Assembly (NCBI GenBank): GCA_043746635.1
Contig: JAYTQQ010000160.1
Coordinates: forward strand, 1-60,221
Direction of reading: 5' to 3'
DNA length: 60,221 bases
Origin: Bdellovibrionales bacterium
Lineage (GTDB): Bacteria; Bdellovibrionota; Bdellovibrionia; Bdellovibrionales; JAMPXM01
The notes beneath the pieces were generated by a model. The model ran no database searches and was not told where the DNA came from. It saw only the letters and a list, made by a program, of their open reading frames with translations. The stretch's first letter is position 1, and every line of letters starts with the position of its first letter. The translations under genes and the position numbers were made by a program. Positions 44,859-51,398 of this stretch are shown here, piece after piece.

Positions 44859-46744
44859 GATTTTTCATTTCTATGAGCCTCACACTAGTGGGGCTTTCTT
44901 CTCGAGCTCAAGACTTCAATTCCGTGGTTCAGCGAGCACGTAATGAAAGGTGGGCCGAAGATATTCAGTGGCTCAGACTTCTACAGTATCAATCTGATTT
45001 TTATATCATAACGAAGAGCCAAGCGGGTTCAGATAAATTTTTCTTAGATCCTAAAGGATCAAACCATCCCGATTTAGAGCTTTACGCGACCATTCGAGAT
45101 CTCAGCGCAAATACTCGTACCATCAAATCTCGTGACGGTAAATTTACCGACGTCGTCTCCTGCATTTTTCCGGCGAGAAAAATGTGGTTAGAAAAAAAGA
45201 GTGGCGTGAAGTTTCCTACTCCGCCCTGCGATCGCTACGATCGTTTCAAAGAAATTCTTCAGGCGAAATCTCTGACTTATGTTTTTTCATCTTATTATTT
45301 GAATAATCCATCTTCTGCATTTGGGCATACTTTTTTAAGAATCAACAAAGGACCTTCGGCAAGAGACGGTGAGCGGTACGACCTAGAGGATTACGGAATC
45401 GGCTATGCAGCTCTGCCGGTTTCGAGTAATCCGATCGTTTATTCCGTTCTAGGTATTTCAGGACTTACGCCTGGGGTCTTCGATATTAATCCTTATTATT
45501 TTAAAGTGCGTGAATACAATGATTTTGAATCACGTGATTTGTGGGAGTACGACTTGGGTTTTAATCCTGAAGAGGTTGATTTAATCGTCGCCTTCTTCTG
45601 GGAAGTTTCGGACGTCAATTTTAACTACCATTACTTTTCACAAAACTGCTCTTACCGTATCCTTGCGGCTCTCGAGGTGGCGCGCCCTTCACTCCATCTC
45701 ATTGATGACCTTAAGTTACATGTCATGCCCGGAGATACCGTGCAGACTCTCTATAGAGTGCCAGGCTTAGTGACAAAGATTCACTACCGACCTTCTGCAC
45801 GCATGACGTTTCGAAATCGTTTCGAGCAACTTCCTGATGATTTGAAAGAAAGAATTCAAAAGTTTGCGGTCGATGAGTCTCCTTCTAATCTTATTCAAAA
45901 TTTGTCGAGCTCGCAAAAGGTCGGCGTTCTCGACACGGCGATGGATGAAATTGATTTTCTCTACCCAAAAGATATTGCCGGTAAAACCGGTAAATACTCA
46001 TTGAAAAAAGAAGTTCTCATCGACCGGGCGGAGGTCGGGGTGACTTCGCTACCCCTTGAGATGAAAATTCCCTGGAGTGAAGCCCCTCACGATGCTCATG
46101 GATCTCGCAGGCTCGGCGCAGGCATTCGGCATTGGCAAAATGATGATACCGCGACCTTAGTCAGTATGAAATTTGCGCTTCACGATTTGCTCGACGAAAA
46201 GTGGGGCTACCCACCGACGGCCCAAATTACGATGGGCGATTTTGCGCTTAGTTTCAGACCGCATCAATCTTCAATCGAAAAAGCCATCTTTTTTGAAGTG
46301 ATCTCATTAGCACCGCTCGATGATTTTATGAAAAGTCCTTCTTGGAGACTCAAAATTTCAAACGAACGCGGGTATGAAAATAATTGCATCGGTCTATGTC
46401 ATTGGACCGAGCTCAGTGGCGGCATCGGTCTCACGAAAACCTTGGTTCGTTCATTAGATGTCTCACTATGGCTAAGAGCTAATTCAGAATATAATGTCGA
46501 CTTCTCAAATGAAGCTCTCAGGATAGGTGCGGGTCCCGCAGCGATGCTTCGCTGGAATCACGGAATTTTTTCTCTCCTCGGCGAAAGTTACTATCGCTAT
46601 GACTACAAAGGGGCGGCGAAGGAGTTTCGTCAGAATTCTATTGGAGCGCAGCTGACTCCGCAAAAATCATGGGCGTTGAGAGCGAGTGCTCAAGATTCGA
46701 ACTCGCAAACAATTTTTGATACGCAATTATTTTACTATTATTAG
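44846..46744 (+). CDS. DUF4105 (Lnb N-terminal-like) domain protein with a C-terminal beta-barrel-like region
   Basis: SAFGHTFLRIN and NCSYRIL blocks are typical of DUF4105. The C-terminal ~200 aa have alternating strands and end ...TQLFYYY. The TTG start at 44846 gives a plausible signal peptide; an alternative ATG is at 44873. Confidence 0.55.
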   Translation: MPRLRFFISMSLTLVGLSSRAQDFNSVVQRARNERWAEDIQWLRLLQYQSDFYIITKSQAGSDKFFLDPKGSNHPDLELYATIRDLSANTRTIKSRDGKFTDVVSCIFPARKMWLEKKSGVKFPTPPCDRYDRFKEILQAKSLTYVFSSYYLNNPSSAFGHTFLRINKGPSARDGERYDLEDYGIGYAALPVSSNPIVYSVLGISGLTPGVFDINPYYFKVREYNDFESRDLWEYDLGFNPEEVDLIVAFFWEVSDVNFNYHYFSQNCSYRILAALEVARPSLHLIDDLKLHVMPGDTVQTLYRVPGLVTKIHYRPSARMTFRNRFEQLPDDLKERIQKFAVDESPSNLIQNLSSSQKVGVLDTAMDEIDFLYPKDIAGKTGKYSLKKEVLIDRAEVGVTSLPLEMKIPWSEAPHDAHGSRRLGAGIRHWQNDDTATLVSMKFALHDLLDEKWGYPPTAQITMGDFALSFRPHQSSIEKAIFFEVISLAPLDDFMKSPSWRLKISNERGYENNCIGLCHWTELSGGIGLTKTLVRSLDVSLWLRANSEYNVDFSNEALRIGAGPAAMLRWNHGIFSLLGESYYRYDYKGAAKEFRQNSIGAQLTPQKSWALRASAQDSNSQTIFDTQLFYYY

Positions 46745-46855
46745 ATTTTGTTAAACGCGCTCCTGCAGCGGTATTCCCGGCAATCGGCGGCTGCTTGCCA
46801 GTTGCTCGTTTGACTGACCAAAAGTCTAGAACTTCTCACAATGAGATAATAATTC

Positions 46856-46882
46856 TCAAGTCTCACAATGGGGCACCGAATA
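46856..46882 (+). promoter_or_regulatory. possible sigma-28 (FliA) promoter of the first flagellin gene
   Basis: TCAAGTCT-N11-ACCGAATA versus consensus TAAAGTTT-N11-GCCGATAA (6/8 and 5/8 matches), about 90 nt upstream of the ATG. Confidence 0.3.
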
Positions 46883-46930
46883 GCTTTATGAAAGTTAGGT
46901 TCGCCCATTGAGCTTAGTATGAGCTCCCAA

Positions 46931-46949
46931 TCACATCTGAAAAATGTGA
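46931..46949 (+). promoter_or_regulatory. 5' leader hairpin immediately upstream of the flagellin SD
   Basis: Perfect TCACAT-ctgaaaa-ATGTGA stem-loop, 9 nt upstream of AAGGAGGAGGA. Confidence 0.3.
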
Positions 46950-46973
46950 TTTGTCTTCAAGGAGGAGGATTGT

Positions 46974-47822
46974 ATGGGTTTACGTATTAATACAAACACG
47001 GCTTCGATTAACGCCCAAAGAAATTTGGTTGGAACGAAAATGGGTTTGGACAAGAGTTTAGAGAAGTTGTCTTCGGGTTACCGAATCAACAGAGCCGGCG
47101 ATGATGCTGCAGGGTTAGCGATTTCAGAAAACTTGCGAGCACAAACACGCGGACTCAAACAAGCATCACGAAATGCTCAAGATGGAGTATCGTTAGTACA
47201 GGTCGCTGAGGGCGGCTTGAACGAAACGAGTACGATTCTGATCAGACTTAGAGAGTTAGCTGTACAAGCTGCCTCTGATACGATCGGACCTGTCGAGAGG
47301 CAGTTTCTGAATGTGGAGTACGATCAGCTCGTTTCGGAGATTGATCGAATTTCTGCAGGTACCGAATTTAACGGGACACCACTCTTGAGTGGTACCGGTT
47401 CGATTCTCGACTTTCAAGTCGGTATCAGAAACGATCCAAATATCGATCGATTATCGTTTGATGCTTCGAAAGCAGATTCAAACTCTGCCGCACTAGGGGT
47501 TAACCTCACAAGTGTCGCCGACAAAGCATCAGCGCAAAATAGTTTAGCGGCAATCGATTCTGCTTTAGTGAGTGTGAGTGCAATGAGGGCCGATTTTGGA
47601 GCCATCCAAAATCGCCTTCAATCGACTATCTCAAACATCGCGATTTCAGTTGAGAATCTCTCGGCTGCAAATTCTCGAATCAGAGATACAGACGTTGCCG
47701 AAGAAACAGCTGAATTAACAAGAAACAACATCTTGTTACAAGCTGGAACTTCAGTACTCGCTCAAGCGAATCAAAGCTCGAATGTAGCGTTGACGTTATT
47801 GAATAAGACATTCCAGGGTTAA
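46974..47822 (+). CDS. fliC: flagellin (short type, no large variable domain)
   Basis: MGLRINTNTASINAQRNL...LSSGYRINRAGDDAAGLAISE...C-terminal IQNRLQSTISNI...AANSRIRDTDVAEETAELTRNNILLQAG. Confidence 0.95.
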   Translation: MGLRINTNTASINAQRNLVGTKMGLDKSLEKLSSGYRINRAGDDAAGLAISENLRAQTRGLKQASRNAQDGVSLVQVAEGGLNETSTILIRLRELAVQAASDTIGPVERQFLNVEYDQLVSEIDRISAGTEFNGTPLLSGTGSILDFQVGIRNDPNIDRLSFDASKADSNSAALGVNLTSVADKASAQNSLAAIDSALVSVSAMRADFGAIQNRLQSTISNIAISVENLSAANSRIRDTDVAEETAELTRNNILLQAGTSVLAQANQSSNVALTLLNKTFQG

Positions 47823-48055
47823 TAATCTTTAACTCTCCCCGCGAATAGAGTGTCTTTTTAATTAAGGACGCTCTACGAAATGGGTAAGCACGAAGTCTAA
47901 CGGCGGCGAAGCTCTTGAATTAAGAGCGAATGCGCGCGGTAAGTCTCTGCATGCTGAAAAGAATTCTGTTTCCTGCTCATCGGAGTAGCCATCAAAAGCT
48001 GCTCCGATATTAAGTAGAGAAGCTTACAATTTGATCTTCGGTCCTTCTACCCAAG

Positions 48056-48083
48056 AATCGCATTCTCTGCGATTTTCGTTTTT
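48056..48083 (+). terminator. rho-independent terminator about 235 nt downstream of the first flagellin stop
   Basis: Perfect 7-bp stem AATCGCA-ttctc-TGCGATT followed by TTCGTTTTT. Coordinates may be off by 1 nt. Confidence 0.65.
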
Positions 48084-48128
48084 CTCAATTCAAATTTACA
48101 ATTCATTTAATAAAATAGGCGATCTCAT

Positions 48129-48149
48129 GATAAACTAAATTAGTTTATC
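48129..48149. repeat. perfect 21-bp palindrome (candidate operator)
   Basis: GATAAACTAA-A-TTAGTTTATC in an AT-rich stretch, 217 nt upstream of the second flagellin ATG. Confidence 0.6.
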
Positions 48150-48349
48150 AATATATTTTTATTTCTAGACTTAGATTTCCTGCAAATTGTCCCGAGTAGA
48201 CAAATGAGATAGTTTGTTTTTTTAGTGAGAGCAAGGTCGCTCTTACGCAAGCTTCTTAAGGCACGAAAGTGCTTTTAAAAAACCGCGGTTCATGATGAGC
48301 CCGTAGTGATTTTCATATTGAGAGTCACACCATCAAGGAGGATAGAGCC

Positions 48350-48364
48350 ATGCAGGGAGGATGA
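48350..48364 (+). promoter_or_regulatory. 4-codon uORF (MQGG) abutting the second flagellin start
   Basis: ATG CAG GGA GGA TGA has its own SD (AAGGAGGA, 7-nt spacing). The uORF codons contain the SD of the flagellin gene (AGGGAGGA). Its stop ends 1 nt before the ATG at 48366. Confidence 0.35.
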
Positions 48365-48365
48365 T

Positions 48366-49199
48366 ATGGCATTAAGAATTTCAACGAACATTGCGGCTTT
48401 GAATGCGCAAAGAAGTTTAACGTTGACCCAACACGGTACCGAACGTTCGATGGCGAGATTAAGTTCTGGATTCAGAATTAATCAAGCTGCCGATGACGCG
48501 GCTGGTTTGGCAATCAGTGAAAACTTGAAGGCGCAGATCAGAGGCTTGAGACAAGCATCTCGAAATAGTAATGACGGTATTTCGCTTGTTCAAGTAGCAG
48601 AGGGCGGACTCAACGAGGTTTCAAATATGTTGATTCGCTTACGAGAACTTGCAATTCAAGGATCTTCAGACACTGTCGGAGATACTGAGAGAAAGTTCAT
48701 CGACGTTGAATATCAACAGCTCAAGTCAGAGATTCAAAGGATCTCTGAAGTAACGACTTTTAACGGTCGTGACTTGCTGAACGGCACGGGTGGAGTCATT
48801 GATATTCAAGTCGGAACCCACAACGACGTATTTAAAGATCGCATATCTTTTAATGCTTCGGCTGCGAACTCGACTCTCGATTCTCTCGGGATGACGGCAG
48901 AAAGTACGGCGACGAAAGAAGCCGCACAACAGTCTTTAGATGTGGTGGATCGTGCTTTGACATCGGTGAATGCAATCCGGGCTAACTTCGGAGCCATGCA
49001 AAACCGTTTGCAATCAACGATTCAGAACTTAGCAATTTCGGACGAGAACTACAGCGCTGCGAATTCGCGTATCAGAGATACGGATGTTGCGGCAGAGACT
49101 TCTGAGCTTATGAGAAATAATATTCTATCTCAAGCAGGCGTGTCGGTCTTGTCACAAGCCAATCAGATGCAACAGGTAGCTCTTAAGTTGTTGGGTTGA
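48366..49199 (+). CDS. fliC: flagellin (short type), second tandem copy
   Basis: MALRISTNIAALNAQRSL...LSSGFRINQAADDAAGLAISE...MQNRLQSTIQNL...AANSRIRDTDVAAETSELMRNNILSQAG. ATG at 48366; the track start at 48306 is an upstream GTG extension. Confidence 0.95.
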   Translation: MALRISTNIAALNAQRSLTLTQHGTERSMARLSSGFRINQAADDAAGLAISENLKAQIRGLRQASRNSNDGISLVQVAEGGLNEVSNMLIRLRELAIQGSSDTVGDTERKFIDVEYQQLKSEIQRISEVTTFNGRDLLNGTGGVIDIQVGTHNDVFKDRISFNASAANSTLDSLGMTAESTATKEAAQQSLDVVDRALTSVNAIRANFGAMQNRLQSTIQNLAISDENYSAANSRIRDTDVAAETSELMRNNILSQAGVSVLSQANQMQQVALKLLG

Positions 49200-49280
49200 T
49201 TTTGTTTTCGTGAGTTATTTTATTCAAATTTTTTTTGGGCTGCTAAGGTTGGCAGCTCATTTCTCAACACGGAGGTCTTT

Positions 49281-49367
49281 ATGATCGTCACAGTTTCAGA
49301 GTGGACAGGTTCCCTCTTTATTACGGCACTTTTTGGTAGTGTTATTTTATTCGGACTCATCGTTTAG
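49281..49367 (+). CDS. candidate 28-aa hydrophobic membrane peptide
   Basis: MIVTVSEWTGSLFITALFGSVILFGLIV, with GGAGG 5 nt upstream of the ATG. It lies between the flagellin stop and the strong hairpin. Below the ORF-track length cutoff. Confidence 0.3.
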   Translation: MIVTVSEWTGSLFITALFGSVILFGLIV

Positions 49368-49374
49368 AAAATTT

Positions 49375-49431
49375 GGTACCTGGCACTTTTTGCGGACTCA
49401 CTATGTTCGCAAAAGGCGCCAGGTACCTTTT
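49375..49431. terminator. long hairpin terminator (probably bidirectional)
   Basis: GGTACCTGGCacTTTTTGCG-(13 nt)-CGCAAAAggcGCCAGGTACC, followed by TTTT on the plus strand. It sits between the plus-strand flagellin unit and the minus-strand ubiB unit. Confidence 0.75.
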
Positions 49432-49433
49432 AC

Positions 49434-49649
49434 TTAAAATATTGAGAGATAGTTCACGTCGAAAATATCGAAATGTTTACCTGAATCAGATTTTACAATC
49501 ACTTTCAATGTGCGGCCTTGGCCAGCAACCAGTGAAAATGATGAATTTCCGAGATCGCTTTTCGTGTTTGGATAAAGCACTGAACGTCCGTCTTCGCTAA
49601 GAACATCAAAATTTGAACAATTTTGAACTCTAGAAAAGTTAAGCGTCAT
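49434..49649 (-). CDS. hypothetical 71-aa protein downstream of ubiB
   Basis: The only evidence is the ORF and its position between ubiB and the terminator. No SD or family motif was recognised. Confidence 0.25.
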   Translation of the reverse strand: MTLNFSRVQNCSNFDVLSEDGRSVLYPNTKSDLGNSSFSLVAGQGRTLKVIVKSDSGKHFDIFDVNYLSIF

Positions 49650-49727
49650 AGAATTGCCGTAACCAGATAAATAAACCTGTCCGCCGCAGTCTTCAAGAGT
49701 GGCTTGTTTTCTTCCAAAGAGTCACTC

Positions 49728-51398
49728 CTACTTCTTAATATAATTATAGAATGCCAGAAATCCAAAGAGCGTCGCTAGCAAAAACTGCAAGCCGCTCACG
49801 ATTGGCATATTTGCGATGTAAGGTCCGTGGTCGATGAACAGGGTAAACGAACCCGCAAGAATCAGCGCACCAATGATCAGCCCTAAAAAAACAATGTTAG
49901 AACCAGTTTCGACGGAGCGTTTGAGATCTTCAACCTCTTGAACACTTATCTTTACAGCAAAGTCAGGATGATTTAATTTTCGAATGAGCTGTTTCATTTG
50001 TCTTGGCAAGTTGTAAAGCAAACCGCCAACATCTTGACCAAGTAAAGTGAGGTCTGCCTTCACTTGCTGCGGTTGATAGCGATCTTGAACAATCTCTTTC
50101 GAGAACTCAATCGCGTGTGGGAGTAAATCAAAATCTTTGGCCAGCAAACGACCCATACCTTCAACGGTCACGATCGATTTAAAAAACATCATGAGTTCAG
50201 TCGGAATAACCAAACGATGTTTTGCCGCAATCTGGGTGGTACCCATAAGAAGGCGTCCGAGATCGACGTTTTTCATCGACAGACCAAAGTGAGGAGCTAA
50301 AAGATTTTGAAGATCTCGCGCAAACTCATCAACATCGATCTGGTCATTATAGGGGGCAATCTCGACATATTCATAAGCGAGACGTTCGTAATCTTCGGCG
50401 TAAAGGCATACGAACATATTGGCGATTGCCGATTGGGTACGACGATTGACTCTCCCGACGATTCCGAAATCGACGAGGCCAATCTGATTATTCGGTAGAA
50501 TAAATAAATTACCGGCATGGAGGTCGCCATGAAAAAGTCCGTCGCGAAAAACCATTTTGAAATAAGTGCGAACTCCGATACGCATCACTTCAAGAGGATC
50601 AACTCCCTCTTGCTTGACCGAAGCGGGTTGACTCAGCGGAATACCTTTGAGCATCTCTAGAACGAGAACTCGCTTGCCCGAATATTCAAAATACACTTTT
50701 GGAATTTTAACCGAAGGATCGTTCTTAAAATTCTCGGTAAATCGACGAATATTATTCGCTTCGATAACGAAATCGGTCTCGAGTTCGAGATTTTTGAAAA
50801 ATTCGTCAACGATGCCGACGGGGTTAAAGGGTCTTGTCTCGGGTACGTAGTTTTGTAAAAGATCAGCTATGAAGTATAAAATGCCGATGTCGTTTTTGAT
50901 AACTTCGACGATTCCGGGGCGTTGAACTTTTACGACAACGTCAGTGCCGTCGAGTAATTTTGCGCAGTGCACTTGCGCGATACTCGCGGCCGCAAGCGGA
51001 TGGGGATCGAGCTCTAAGAAAACATTCTTAATTGGAGTATTAAATTGGCGTTCGATCACTCCTTCGATTTTATCAAAGCTAATCGTAGCCACTTGGTCAT
51101 GCAGCTTTTTAAATTCGTCGACAAACTCTTCGGGTATTAAATCAGGACGAGTTGCTAAGAGTTGTCCGAGTTTAACGAACGTAGGTCCGAGTTCTTCAAA
51201 ACACATTCGAAGACGCTCGGGCGCAGAATATTTATCAACATCAATTTGGGTAAAACGCTCGAGAAGAAAACGGCCGAGCTTAATCTTTTCGGCGACGTTT
51301 TGGAAACCGTTTCTTGCGAACACGGCCACGATCGTCCTCATCCTTGCCGCGTTTTTTAGTGTGTTCCCCAGGCGTCTCGGACTTCTCTTGCTGGCCAC
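49728..51398 (-). CDS. ubiB: ABC1/UbiB-family atypical kinase
   Basis: ELGPTFVKLGQLLATRPDL...AAASIAQVHCA...VVKVQRPG...HGDLHAGNLF...VDFGIVG, with two C-terminal TM helices. The start is uncertain: 51398 or Met-20 at 51341. Either overlaps the rnr 3' end. Confidence 0.9.
   Translation of the reverse strand: MASKRSPRRLGNTLKNAARMRTIVAVFARNGFQNVAEKIKLGRFLLERFTQIDVDKYSAPERLRMCFEELGPTFVKLGQLLATRPDLIPEEFVDEFKKLHDQVATISFDKIEGVIERQFNTPIKNVFLELDPHPLAAASIAQVHCAKLLDGTDVVVKVQRPGIVEVIKNDIGILYFIADLLQNYVPETRPFNPVGIVDEFFKNLELETDFVIEANNIRRFTENFKNDPSVKIPKVYFEYSGKRVLVLEMLKGIPLSQPASVKQEGVDPLEVMRIGVRTYFKMVFRDGLFHGDLHAGNLFILPNNQIGLVDFGIVGRVNRRTQSAIANMFVCLYAEDYERLAYEYVEIAPYNDQIDVDEFARDLQNLLAPHFGLSMKNVDLGRLLMGTTQIAAKHRLVIPTELMMFFKSIVTVEGMGRLLAKDFDLLPHAIEFSKEIVQDRYQPQQVKADLTLLGQDVGGLLYNLPRQMKQLIRKLNHPDFAVKISVQEVEDLKRSVETGSNIVFLGLIIGALILAGSFTLFIDHGPYIANMPIVSGLQFLLATLFGFLAFYNYIKK

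Noticed and set aside
48240-48310. A sigma-28 promoter for the second flagellin (GCCCGTAG as the -10 element).
   Set aside because: No acceptable TAAA-type -35 element lies at the required 11-nt spacer, and the match to GCCGATAA needs an indel. It is left unannotated.
49380-49395. TGGCAC-TTTTTGCG as a sigma-54 promoter.
   Set aside because: The spacing to GC is wrong by one nt, and the sequence is the left arm of a long terminator hairpin whose right arm is at 49408-49427.
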